The translations under genes were made by a program, and so were the position numbers. A DNA stretch of 29,291 nt from Candidatus Omnitrophota bacterium (lineage in GTDB: Bacteria > Omnitrophota > Omnitrophia > Omnitrophales > Aquincolibacteriaceae), in contig JBAXGK010000001.1 in assembly GCA_037139435.1 (NCBI GenBank), positions 1-29,291 of the forward strand, written 5' to 3'. Shown piece by piece: positions 1 through 8,816 of the stretch (position 1 is its first letter; the number at the start of each line of letters is the position of its first letter). The notes below the pieces were generated by a model. It was not told the origin of the DNA. It was given only the letters and a program-made list of their open reading frames with translations, and searched no databases.

Positions 1-1
1 G

Positions 2-1390
2 ACACTCGCCCTCAAGGCCCCTTTCACACCTCCATTTATGGGGAATCACGGGAACTTTGTGGTTTCGCTCGGAAAAATGACGCGCTGGCTCGCCGAGATC
101 GCGGAAAAAAAGGGCGTTCAGGTTTATCCCGGGTTCAGCGTTTCAGAGATGCTCTATGAAAACGGCCGCGTCATTGGCGCCAAAACGATCGATACCGGGG
201 TGGATAAGCATGGGGTACCGATGGATAATTATCAGGCGGGTAATGAGGTCCGTGCGAAGATCACGATCCTGGCCGAAGGGCCGCGTGGCAGTTTGACCAA
301 GCAGCTTTTCCGTAAATTGAAAATGGATGAAAATAGCAACCCGCAAGTCTACTCCACAGGTGTCAAAGAGCTGTGGGACCTTCCGGAGGGAACCTTTGAG
401 GCCGGGCGGATCATGCACACGCTGGGCTTTCCTTTCTCTTTCAATCATTTCGGCGGCGGTTTCGTCTACGGTCTGAACGGCCGTCAAGTCGTGGTCGGGA
501 TCGCGGCGGGGCTGGATTATACAGATCCCACGTTTGATGCTCACGCCGCACTTCAGGTCTATAAAAAACATCCTTTCATCGCGAAGATCCTCGCAAAAGG
601 CAAGCTCCTGCGGTATGGCGCGAAGACGATCCCCGAGGGCGGCCTTTATTCGCTCCCGAAGCTTTGTCATGACGGGGTCATGATCGCCGGAGATTCCGCC
701 GGGTTCCTCAGCATGCCAAGTCTTAAGGGGGTGCACCTCGCGATCAAGTCCGGGATGATGGCTGCGAAGTCCGCCTTCGAAGCTTTAAAGAAAAATGATT
801 TTTCCGGCAAGCAGCTTGAACTTTATGAAGATCTTTTCAAGAAAAGCGCTGCTTATAAGACACTCTCCAAAACACGCAACTTTCGCGCCGGTTTCGAGCA
901 CGGCATGATCCTCGGGGCTTTTTATTTCGCGACTCAGATCCTGACCGGAGGGCGCGGCATCACGCCTTCGGGGAAGATGAAGACGCACGAGGATGCGGCC
1001 TCTTATAAGAAACTCTCGGATGTTAAACAACCGTTCTGCCAGAAGTTTTCCAAAGAGCTCGTTTTTGACAAACAGCTGACGTTCGACAAGGTGACCGACG
1101 TTTTCTTCTCCGGTTCCAAGCATGATGAAGAGCAGCCCTGTCATCTCCGGGTGTTGGACTTCAATCTTTGCCGGGATGTTTGTATCCCCAAATACGGTGG
1201 GCCGTGCCAGCAGTTCTGTCCGGCCGAGGTTTATGAGATCGTGACAGACTCGAAGACCGGGAAAAAAGACCTTCACCTTCATCCGGCGAATTGCGTGCAT
1301 TGCAAAACTTGTGATATCAAAGATCCGTTTGGAAACATTGAATGGGCCGTGCCTTATGGTGGCGACGGACCCGAATACGAGAATATGTAG
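2..1390 (+). CDS. ETF:quinone oxidoreductase (ETF-QO, FixC-FixX type), 5'-partial
   Basis: Frame is open from base 2 (TLALKAPFTPPFMGNHGNFVVSLG). Motifs GAKTIPEGG and GDSAGF...KGVHLAIKSG; C-terminal 4Fe-4S motif CPAEVYE...CVHCKTCDIKDP...GGDGPEY. Confidence 0.93.
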   Translation, partial: TLALKAPFTPPFMGNHGNFVVSLGKMTRWLAEIAEKKGVQVYPGFSVSEMLYENGRVIGAKTIDTGVDKHGVPMDNYQAGNEVRAKITILAEGPRGSLTKQLFRKLKMDENSNPQVYSTGVKELWDLPEGTFEAGRIMHTLGFPFSFNHFGGGFVYGLNGRQVVVGIAAGLDYTDPTFDAHAALQVYKKHPFIAKILAKGKLLRYGAKTIPEGGLYSLPKLCHDGVMIAGDSAGFLSMPSLKGVHLAIKSGMMAAKSAFEALKKNDFSGKQLELYEDLFKKSAAYKTLSKTRNFRAGFEHGMILGAFYFATQILTGGRGITPSGKMKTHEDAASYKKLSDVKQPFCQKFSKELVFDKQLTFDKVTDVFFSGSKHDEEQPCHLRVLDFNLCRDVCIPKYGGPCQQFCPAEVYEIVTDSKTGKKDLHLHPANCVHCKTCDIKDPFGNIEWAVPYGGDGPEYENM

Positions 1391-1391
1391 A

Positions 1392-1451
1392 AACGGCGTG
1401 CGGAGTAAGGCGTACGGCGCAGAGCGGTCATTGTTTTCGCCGTATACCGTA
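1392..1451. repeat. Tandem heptamer array with inverted copies (TACGGCG-like)
   Basis: AACGGCG TGCGGAG TAAGGCG TACGGCG CAGAGCG (1392-1426), then inverted CGCCGTA TACCGTA (1438-1451), just after the ETF-QO stop. Confidence 0.6.
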
Positions 1452-1516
1452 CGTTTTCCGTCAGGCGGTATGAGGCGAAAGAGAAATAAGAAACAAAAAG
1501 GATTTGTGGTAACAAA

Positions 1517-3484
1517 ATGACTCTAAAAATAATTGCGATTATGAAGCAGGTGCCGCTCCCGACCGAGATGCGGATGGGTGCGGACGGTCTTATGGATCGC
1601 ACTAAGGCGAAATCCTCGATCAACGCGGATTGCACGTTCGGTTTGGAGCAGGGCCTTGAGATCAAAAAGCATGTACCGGACGCGGAGCTGATCGTGGTTT
1701 CGATGGGGCCTCCGAGTTTCGAGCAATCGCTTAAAAAAGCCCTGGCGATGGGTTACGACCGTGCGGTCCTTCTCTCGGACAGAAAGCTCGGGGGGTCGGA
1801 TACTTTTGCCACCGGCTATGCGATCTCCTCGCTTCTCAAAAAACTCGGATTCTCCAAGGATAGCAAAGACCCCTTTATCATATTCTCCGGACGCCAGACG
1901 ACAGACGGAGATACAGCGCATGTCCCGTCTCAAACAGCCGAGAATCTCGGAATCCCTCAGGCGACTTTCGTGGAAAAAGTGGAGTTCAAAGGAGATCATC
2001 TGAAGGTCCGGCGTATCATTGAAGGCGGTTTCCAAGTCCTTAAAGTTCCCGTTCCATGTCTTATTTCGATCGCCCCGACTGCGACGCCGGCGCGCCGGCC
2101 GTCTCTTAAGGGCGCTATCCGCGCGAAAAATACCAAGATCGAAGTTTGGTCGCTCGATCAGACCGGTGCTGACGTCAGCGTGGTCGGGCTTACCGGATCG
2201 CCGACGCTTGTCTGCAAGGTTGTGGATATCCAAAAAGACAGGGCTCCGGTCAATATGATTTCCGGCCATGATCCCAAAGACCTTGCGAATGTTCTTGTGT
2301 CTGAGATCGAAAAGATCAAGGACTCGATCGGCGGGGGACATGGGCAACAGGCAGGAGACGAAAGTGCAAAAGGTGCAGTCGGGGAAAAGGTCGCCGCGGA
2401 CGTGGATTTTCCGAGGGTGGATTTCCGTAATGGCGCGCGCGGCATTCTAACCTGGATCGAAATGCTCGGTGAAATGCCGTCGCGCTCATCCCTTGAGATC
2501 CTGAATCCTGCCCGAAAACTTGCGGACCAGCTCGAGACCCAAGTGACCGCGATCGTGACCGGACATAACATCAAGCATGTGGCGTCTGAGATCATCGCAT
2601 ACGGTGCCAATGAGGTCGTGGTGGTGGATGATCCGCGTCTTAAAGAATACAGGATCCTGCCGGTTGCGGCGGCGATCGCGCAGTGGATCGAACATAAGCG
2701 GCCGGAGATCGCACTTTTCGGAGCGACGACCTCAGGCCGTGAACTTGCGCCGCGTCTCGCGAGCCGCGTGCGGGCCGGTGTGACCGCGGATTGTACGAGT
2801 CTTGAAGTGGGCGAATACGTGCACCGATTAAAAAAGTCCATTTTTTATCCCGTGCTTCAATCCATTCGTCCAACTTACGGCGAAAGCAAACTTGCGACGA
2901 TCATCGGCTTTTGGTGCCCTCAAATGGCGACCGCGCGTGCCGGAACTTTTAAAATATTGCCCAAAGATTCAAACCGGAAGGGGACCGTTCGTGAATTTAC
3001 GCCCACGTTCAGGGACAGTGATTTCGCCGTGGAGGTGCTTGAGGTTAAGCGCGAGGCAGGCGGCGGCGACAACCTTTTTGTCGCGGACATCATTATTTCA
3101 GGTGGTCGGCCGGCCGGCGACCATGACGATTTCAAACTTATCCAGGAGCTCGTGAAGGCCCTGCAAGATCAAGGGATTAACGCCGATTGGGGCGCAAGCC
3201 GTCACGCGGTGGACAATGGTTATGCCCCCTACGCGCGGCAGGTCGGACAGACCGGGAAGACGGTTCGCCCGAAGCTCTATGTCGCCGTCGCGATCTCAGG
3301 GGCAATCCAGCATCTTGCGGGGATGAAAGAGTCCGGCAAGATCATCGCTATCAACCAGGACCCGCAGGCTGCGATCTTTCGCCATGCGGACTTTGGCATT
3401 GTTCGTGATTATCGGGAAGTACTCCCCGAGCTTATCGCCAAGGTGAAGGCCGGCTTTACCTTCGGGCTTGCGCCGAGTAAATAG
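1517..3484 (+). CDS. etfBA: Fused electron transfer flavoprotein beta-alpha (EtfB-EtfA), 655 aa
   Basis: N-half has EtfB motifs (MKQVP, GGSDTFAT, GRQTTDGDTAHV); Gly/Ala-rich linker; C-half has EtfA motifs (GVTADCT, GASRHAVDNG, RQVGQTGKTVRP, AISGAIQHLAGM, AINQDPQAAIF). No internal stop. Confidence 0.92.
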   Translation: MTLKIIAIMKQVPLPTEMRMGADGLMDRTKAKSSINADCTFGLEQGLEIKKHVPDAELIVVSMGPPSFEQSLKKALAMGYDRAVLLSDRKLGGSDTFATGYAISSLLKKLGFSKDSKDPFIIFSGRQTTDGDTAHVPSQTAENLGIPQATFVEKVEFKGDHLKVRRIIEGGFQVLKVPVPCLISIAPTATPARRPSLKGAIRAKNTKIEVWSLDQTGADVSVVGLTGSPTLVCKVVDIQKDRAPVNMISGHDPKDLANVLVSEIEKIKDSIGGGHGQQAGDESAKGAVGEKVAADVDFPRVDFRNGARGILTWIEMLGEMPSRSSLEILNPARKLADQLETQVTAIVTGHNIKHVASEIIAYGANEVVVVDDPRLKEYRILPVAAAIAQWIEHKRPEIALFGATTSGRELAPRLASRVRAGVTADCTSLEVGEYVHRLKKSIFYPVLQSIRPTYGESKLATIIGFWCPQMATARAGTFKILPKDSNRKGTVREFTPTFRDSDFAVEVLEVKREAGGGDNLFVADIIISGGRPAGDHDDFKLIQELVKALQDQGINADWGASRHAVDNGYAPYARQVGQTGKTVRPKLYVAVAISGAIQHLAGMKESGKIIAINQDPQAAIFRHADFGIVRDYREVLPELIAKVKAGFTFGLAPSK

Positions 3485-3534
3485 CTTTTTTTGACACCCG
3501 TTGACAAGCGGGGCAAAGGCGAAAAGAGTGTCCC

Positions 3535-3563
3535 TTGACGGGGGACATACTTCCAATTAAAAT
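3535..3563 (+). promoter_or_regulatory. Sigma70-type promoter candidate
   Basis: TTGACG (3535-3540), 17-nt spacer, TAAAAT (3558-3563), upstream of the CDS at 3704. Confidence 0.65.
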
Positions 3564-3629
3564 TCTCAGGGAATGGTCGATAATCTACCCTGGCTTTGGA
3601 TTTCTTTTTCTTGAGGGTAGCCAGGGTTG

Positions 3630-3666
3630 CCCAATTTCATCTTCGATGAAATTTAAAGGTATTGGG
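3630..3666. repeat. 42-bp-period repeat family, single B unit (CCCAAT-N25-ATTGGG)
   Basis: cccaat-ttcatcttcgatgaaatttaaaggt-attggg; internal 9-bp hairpin aatttcatc/gatgaaatt; homologous to 5670-5706 and 14203-14239. Confidence 0.85.
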
Positions 3667-3703
3667 ACTAGGGCGTCATAAAATTAACAAAAAGGGGGAC
3701 ATT

Positions 3704-4081
3704 ATGTTCAAGAAGATCATCAGCGTGTTGGTTATTGCGGTCCTGTTTACGGCCGCGAGCGGTATCGCGTATGCCGAGGAGAATAACTCGGATAAGAGCC
3801 TGACCCGTGGCGCAGCGTCCTTGGTGCTGCCGGGCTGGGGGCAGTATCTGAACAATGAAATGGACACCAAGAGCGGCAAGTTCAAGACGGGAGCCATGAT
3901 CGTGCTCGAAATCGGCGGCATCGTGACCACGATCCTGCTCGGGACCCTCGTCGGCTATCCTGTGATCTGGGTGGGTATCGGGATCCTTATATTCAACCAT
4001 ATCTGGAGCGCTTCAGATGCTTATCTGAAAGTTCCGGTGGGCCCTGAAGTAGCCATGAAGGGCGAGAAGCTCGATCGTTAA
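3704..4081 (+). CDS. Exported/membrane hypothetical protein with SLVLPGWGQY motif (DUF5683/TM2-like)
   Basis: ATG 3704 follows a GGGGG RBS; signal peptide MFKKIISVLV...AYA; two further hydrophobic segments. Confidence 0.75.
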   Translation: MFKKIISVLVIAVLFTAASGIAYAEENNSDKSLTRGAASLVLPGWGQYLNNEMDTKSGKFKTGAMIVLEIGGIVTTILLGTLVGYPVIWVGIGILIFNHIWSASDAYLKVPVGPEVAMKGEKLDR

Positions 4082-4085
4082 TGCT

Positions 4086-5117
4086 TTGAAGTCCGATCTT
4101 TCTTTTAAAAAAAGCAGGCCGTGGCAACTCGGCGGCCTGCTTTTTTTATGCTTCCTATCCTCTGGATTTTCCCTGTCTTCCTCAAAATCCGAAGGCCGCT
4201 CGTTTCCGCTCCCGGGGAATTTCGAAGAAGTCTGGAATGCCACGCTCGCGACGCTCGCGGCTGAAAAGATCCCGCTGGAAACGACTGACAAAGCCCGAGG
4301 CTATATCCGTTCCGCGACATTTCCTTTGTTTAAAAAAGAATATAAAGAGTGGGCCAAAGCCCCGAGCCTGTCCTCGAGCGGATTTTGCGCGCTTGAGATC
4401 GGTGTTGTGGAAAAAGATCCGACTCTGACGGTTGTGGGGCTCAAGGCCTACTTCAAGAGGAAAACGGGTCTTTCGACCAAGGGATTTCGAAAGACTGACG
4501 GGTCTCGTGGGAGGTTCGAAGGACTCTTGGGCAAAAGTATCCATGCACGGATTGTGGAGGCAAAGTTTCCGGCACTTAAAAGTGTGATCCTGGGTTGCGA
4601 CCTTCACTACGATGACAAGACGGCGCATTATTTCATTTCAGGAGCCGACGCGTCCACGCTTGGCTATGAGCAAGGACTCCGCAACGGCGATGTTCTCATG
4701 AAGATCTCGGGCCAGGACGTGACGCCTGCGAATCTCTTCGGTTTCTTTTTGAATGTCCCAAGCGAATCCCTCAAAAAATTCATGGTGGTTCGTAAGGAGG
4801 GAGAGCTGGAGCTCCCGATCAGTATTTTCTTTCTGAACCCCGATGCGCCGCATCTTGGGTTTCGAGTGGAACGTGATCCGGAAACTCTGCGATTCACGGT
4901 CAAAAACGTGCGCGCCGGTTCTCCGGCAGAGCGGGAAGGATTTTTGCCTGGGGACATCCTGCTCAAGCAGAATAGCATCCTGCTCGATCGCTGGGAGAAC
5001 TATTATCGTGCGATCCTGGCCCAAAAGGATGGCGAACCTCAGATCTTCCAGGTCGAGCGTCGGGGCAAACTCCTGGAAAAGAAAATTATACTTGCCGGTA
5101 AGCAAGTCCCTCTTTGA
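4086..5117 (+). CDS. Exported protein: BamC/NlpB-like N-terminal domain plus two PDZ-like domains
   Basis: TTG start uncertain; signal-like N-terminus; FEEVWNATLATL...DKARGYIRS segment; PDZ signatures GLRNGDVLMKISG and SPAEREGFLPGDILLKQN. No protease domain seen. Confidence 0.7.
   Translation: MKSDLSFKKSRPWQLGGLLFLCFLSSGFSLSSSKSEGRSFPLPGNFEEVWNATLATLAAEKIPLETTDKARGYIRSATFPLFKKEYKEWAKAPSLSSSGFCALEIGVVEKDPTLTVVGLKAYFKRKTGLSTKGFRKTDGSRGRFEGLLGKSIHARIVEAKFPALKSVILGCDLHYDDKTAHYFISGADASTLGYEQGLRNGDVLMKISGQDVTPANLFGFFLNVPSESLKKFMVVRKEGELELPISIFFLNPDAPHLGFRVERDPETLRFTVKNVRAGSPAEREGFLPGDILLKQNSILLDRWENYYRAILAQKDGEPQIFQVERRGKLLEKKIILAGKQVPL
4107..4147. terminator. Bidirectional intrinsic terminator-like hairpin
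   Basis: Perfect 15-bp inverted repeat AAAAAAAGCAGGCCG / CGGCCTGCTTTTTTT with an 11-nt loop. Confidence 0.6.
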
Positions 5118-5563
5118 AAAATCCCCATTTGGCGGGTATTTATTCCGTCCTGCTTCCCGGGTTGGGCCAACTTTATCTTGGAGAGCGCGCCAAGGGTTGG
5201 ACGCTTGTTTGTATGGATGCGGGCGTTGCGGTGAGTCTTCTCTTGAGTCATACAGCGATCGCCTGCTTTGTAATGGGAGGGATCTATTTTGCCGTGATGA
5301 TCCCCGCGGTGATGGACGCTTTTCAGACCGCTTCCGGTCGGCCCCGGACTTTTACCGCGGATACCGTTCCTTACGTGATCGTTATGTTGCTCATGGTCGG
5401 TCCGTTCGCTATTCCGCTTTTGTGGCAAAGCCGGAAATTCTCAACTTCGTGGAAGATCGTCTGGACCCTCGTTGTTATCCTGATCGCCCTTTTAGGGATC
5501 GCGATCTTGACGTTTGCGGCTTCGTCCCTGGAGCAGTTCATGAAACAGGCGGTGGCAGTTTAA
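5114..5563 (+). CDS. Membrane protein with SVLLPGLGQLY motif (DUF5683/TM2-like)
   Basis: TTG start overlaps the upstream TGA (TTGA); several hydrophobic segments; motif shared with the 3704-4081 protein. Confidence 0.75.
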   Translation: MKNPHLAGIYSVLLPGLGQLYLGERAKGWTLVCMDAGVAVSLLLSHTAIACFVMGGIYFAVMIPAVMDAFQTASGRPRTFTADTVPYVIVMLLMVGPFAIPLLWQSRKFSTSWKIVWTLVVILIALLGIAILTFAASSLEQFMKQAVAV

Positions 5564-5642
5564 TTCGCTTATTTTGTATGCGGAGCGTTTCAAAAGAACG
5601 GTCTCCCTCGCGGGGCTCCATGCTATCCTTGTCTGAAACTTT

Positions 5643-5706
5643 GTTTCGATGGATTGGTATTGGGACTGCTCCAATTTCAACTTCGTTGAAATTGAGAGGC
5701 GTTGGG
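5643..5706. repeat. 42-bp-period repeat family, partial A unit plus full B unit
   Basis: GGGAC at 5662 and 5704 (42 apart); gtttcgatggattggtattggg matches the A unit; 10-bp hairpin caatttcaac/gttgaaattg in the B unit. Confidence 0.85.
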
Positions 5707-5739
5707 ACTAAAATACCTCAAAATATATTAGGAGGCTTG

Positions 5740-5867
5740 CCCCGTTAGAGATGGGGGTAAGAATTTATTCTTGAAGAATCAGGTCTAGGACATCGGGTTT
5801 TTTCGCATTGAATTTCTATTAATTTACGGAAGCGCTTATTTAAAATCGCTTCCTATCTCTAACGGGG
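5740..5867 (+). repeat. MITE-like element with perfect 13-bp inverted ends CCCCGTTAGAGAT / ATCTCTAACGGGG
   Basis: Ends at 5740-5752 and 5855-5867; subterminal hairpin GGAAGCG/CGCTTCC; homologous to 11538-11650 in opposite orientation. Confidence 0.7.
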
Positions 5868-5872
5868 TACCT

Positions 5873-6352
5873 ATGAATTCTAAGCGGGCCGTTGCACTTT
5901 TCTTGTTATTGTTTTTGCTGCTGGGGCCGGGGTGCTATGCCGAAGATCCCCAGGCAACTCTTGGGCCATCGGCTGTTTCAACGCCGGCTGCGGGGCAGTG
6001 GTCCGAGGGCTGGTATCAGGGCGCTTCCGGGTACGAAAAAGCGATCGAAGAATACAAGCGGACCAATAAACCAATGGTCGTCTATATGACCGTCACATGG
6101 TGCCCTTATTGCCGTAAGTTTGAAAAAGAGGTGCTGTCGTCACCTCGGGTTCAAGATATGTTGAGGGACAAGATCAAGGTTACGATCAATCCGGAATCCG
6201 GAAGTCGCGAGAACGCGATCGCGTTTCAATACGGGATCCGGGGATTTCCGTCTTTTTTCCTCCACCCGCCTCAGCCTGCCAGTGCTGTGCAGCTTTACAC
6301 CGGGGTGTCCCCCGAGCAGTTCGTCGATTTCTTTAGACAAGTTCTCAAGTGA
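5873..6352 (+). CDS. Exported thioredoxin-like protein (WCPYC)
   Basis: Signal peptide; TWCPYC active site; GIRGFPSF cis-Pro loop. Confidence 0.85.
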   Translation: MNSKRAVALFLLLFLLLGPGCYAEDPQATLGPSAVSTPAAGQWSEGWYQGASGYEKAIEEYKRTNKPMVVYMTVTWCPYCRKFEKEVLSSPRVQDMLRDKIKVTINPESGSRENAIAFQYGIRGFPSFFLHPPQPASAVQLYTGVSPEQFVDFFRQVLK

Positions 6353-7122
6353 TTCCCGTAGCGCTTTCTATCGCCGGTTCTGATCCTTCGGGCGGGGCCG
6401 GTATTCAAGCCGATCTCAAGACCTTCCATCAGCACAAGGTCTATGGGATGGCGGTGATAACGCTTCTTACAGCCCAGAACACGCGGGGTGTCCGGGCCGT
6501 CTACGTCATGAAACCCGCTCAGGTGATACGTCAGCTCGAAGCCGTACTTGAGGACATCATGCCTCAGGCAGCGAAGACTGGCGCGCTGGGGGATGATAAA
6601 CTTCTCCGTGCGGTCGCGAGAGCGGCCAGGCAATTCAAGTTTCCCCTCGTGGTAGATCCGGTCATGATCAGTAAACACGGTGCGCCGCTACTCAAGCGAA
6701 ATGCTGTTCGTGTTTTTATCAAAGAGCTCTTGCCGCACGCAGCTCTGGTGACGCCGAATCTCTGTGAAGCTGAGGTCTTGAGCGGGATCAAAGTTCGCGA
6801 TCCGGCATCTATGGAAAAAGCAGCGCGGATCATCGCCGGGTTTGGCCCTCAAGCGGTGCTTGTCAAAGGCGGTCATCTGGAAGGAGAAGCCTTGGACCTT
6901 TTTTATCAGGATGGGCGCGTGCGCTTCTTCAGGGCTCCGAGGATCAAAACGAGGCATACGCATGGGACCGGCTGCACATATTCCGCCGCTATTACCGCTG
7001 AGCTTGCCAAAGGAAATAGCCTCCTTGCGGCCGTCTCGAGTGCCAAAAAGTTCATCACCCGTGCTATTCGTACCAGCCCCGGCCTCGGGCAAGGCATGGG
7101 CCCCGTGAACCATTTCGCCTAG
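6349..7122 (+). CDS. thiD: Hydroxymethylpyrimidine/phosphomethylpyrimidine kinase
   Basis: IAGSDPSGGAGIQADLKTF, VVDPVM, TPNLCEA, KGGH, HTHGTGCT, PVNHF; GTG start overlaps the upstream TGA. Confidence 0.95.
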   Translation: MIPVALSIAGSDPSGGAGIQADLKTFHQHKVYGMAVITLLTAQNTRGVRAVYVMKPAQVIRQLEAVLEDIMPQAAKTGALGDDKLLRAVARAARQFKFPLVVDPVMISKHGAPLLKRNAVRVFIKELLPHAALVTPNLCEAEVLSGIKVRDPASMEKAARIIAGFGPQAVLVKGGHLEGEALDLFYQDGRVRFFRAPRIKTRHTHGTGCTYSAAITAELAKGNSLLAAVSSAKKFITRAIRTSPGLGQGMGPVNHFA

Positions 7123-7206
7123 CATTCTTCCCAGCAAAAGATTGTTTTTTAAAATCATTCACGTTCGGATATAATTCCTTAACAAACTGATCGAAGGAGA
7201 AGAAGT

Positions 7207-7800
7207 ATGATTTGCTGTTTGGATCTGGAAGGCGTGTTGATCCCAGAAATTTGGATCAATGTGGCGAAAAAGACCGGCATTAAAGCGCTTGAGATCACCA
7301 CGCGCGATGAGCCGGACTACGATAAGCTTATGCGCTATCGGCTTGCGATCTTGAAACGTGAACGGATCAAACTTTGCGACATCCAAGCCGTGATTAAGCG
7401 CATGAACCCGCTTCCGGGGGCCAAGGCATTCCTGAAGAAACTCCAGGAACGGTACCAAGTCATCATTCTCTCCGATACTTATTACGAATTTGCCGGGCCG
7501 ATGATGAAAAAGCTTGGGAACCCCACGCTTTTCTGTAATTGTCTCTCCGAAGACAAAAAAGGTTTTATCGGGAATTACCATCTGCGGCAAAAGAACGGCA
7601 AGAAAGAGGCCGTGCGAGCGATCAAGGGGCTAGGCTTCAACGTCGTCGCCGCGGGGGATTCCTATAACGACATCGCAATGCTCAAGACCGCCGACCGCGG
7701 GATTTTGTTCCGTCCGCCCGCAAAGATCGTCCGCCAATTTCCTCGCTTTAAAGTCACCCGCACCTACGCCCAACTCCTCAAGGCCTTTAGCAAAGACTGA
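7207..7800 (+). CDS. thrH: Phosphoserine phosphatase/homoserine phosphotransferase (HAD family)
   Basis: CLDLEGVLIPEIW, TTRDEPDYDKLM, ILSDTYYEF, AGDSYNDIAML; GAAGGAG RBS. Confidence 0.93.
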   Translation: MICCLDLEGVLIPEIWINVAKKTGIKALEITTRDEPDYDKLMRYRLAILKRERIKLCDIQAVIKRMNPLPGAKAFLKKLQERYQVIILSDTYYEFAGPMMKKLGNPTLFCNCLSEDKKGFIGNYHLRQKNGKKEAVRAIKGLGFNVVAAGDSYNDIAMLKTADRGILFRPPAKIVRQFPRFKVTRTYAQLLKAFSKD

Positions 7801-8097
7801 CCTGTGGGCGCTTTTCTTGGATTTGTTTAGAGTTTTGCCATCCGACCATTGTTTTGCTCATCTTAAGAATCCGAACAAAGATTTGTTACCCGTGCGCCAT
7901 GCTTTTGGTTTATATGGCGGCGGAGAAATCCCGTATTCCATAAATCAATTAACAAGAACGGGGCTCTATACAGCCACGAATACCCCGAGTTTGTGCCGAC
8001 GGTAACCATTAAATGGGATGAATTGGCGGTCATTTAGAAAAGCCTTTTTGAGTCGATAAAGACAGTGGTATTGTTTGGTGTCTATGAGGAGGGGGAA

Positions 8098-8739
8098 ATG
8101 GATTCTGTGCTAACGAATTGCGTAACGCTTATCGTTATAGTAGGTTTCGTATTGGGAATTGTTTTTCTTGTATTTCTGCGACCTGCTCAAGAAAAAATCA
8201 AGCGTTTGGCTGTCTCGCTAGGAGCTTCTAGCGTTCCTTCTTTCTTTCGTCTCCCCGGAATCAAAGGTGACTATGAGGGGGCTGCTTTTGAAGTTGCTTT
8301 CCGTGCCACAAAATCGCCGGGGATTGTTGCTCTTCGCATTACTCTTTTTCACGCTTTTATGGCAGAAGTAGACATTTTTTCCAGCGTAAGCGGCCCCATG
8401 GACAAATTTTTAAATAAAAACCCACTTCTCAAGAAAATGATGCCGTATTTTGCTGGACTTGAGCATCCAATCTATACGGATGACACAGTTGCCGCAGAAA
8501 ACTTCCTACAATCTGAACGAATAAAAAAGACGATAGATAAGCTATTTGCGATAGGGTTTTCATTGATTTCAGTTCGTAAGAATAAAATCTTTATTAATTC
8601 GGACTATTTCCTGAAGGGACTCCATCTCAGCGCCGCAGACCGGCAAACAATTTATGCAGCTTGGTTCCGTGATGACGCTTACGATCCAGAGGATATCAGA
8701 ACGGTTTTGAAAAACTTAAGTCTCATTGCGAAGGGGTAA
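8098..8739 (+). CDS. Hypothetical protein with N-terminal transmembrane anchor (AT-richer islet)
   Basis: ATG 8098 after GAGGGGG RBS; 213-aa ORF; one strong N-terminal TM helix; no family recognised. Confidence 0.65.
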   Translation: MDSVLTNCVTLIVIVGFVLGIVFLVFLRPAQEKIKRLAVSLGASSVPSFFRLPGIKGDYEGAAFEVAFRATKSPGIVALRITLFHAFMAEVDIFSSVSGPMDKFLNKNPLLKKMMPYFAGLEHPIYTDDTVAAENFLQSERIKKTIDKLFAIGFSLISVRKNKIFINSDYFLKGLHLSAADRQTIYAAWFRDDAYDPEDIRTVLKNLSLIAKG

Positions 8740-8816
8740 CACTGCTGTCAAAGCCACAATTCCCTACGCTAGAATCACAGGACTGCACCGCTGATTTTGA
8801 AGCCCATCTAGCTAGC

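Noticed and set aside
3505-3550. GGGCAAA...GAAA as a c-di-GMP-I riboswitch
   Set aside because: The P2 stem and downstream GACGCAAAGC-type segment are missing, and the region overlaps a good promoter.
4843-5748. 301-aa alternative-frame ORF
   Set aside because: Overlaps two better-supported CDSs on the same strand; no recognisable motif. Its tail merely reads through the stop-free repeat.
7817-8005. 62-aa ORF as a real gene
   Set aside because: TTG start, no RBS, no recognisable motif; may be part of a decayed gene.
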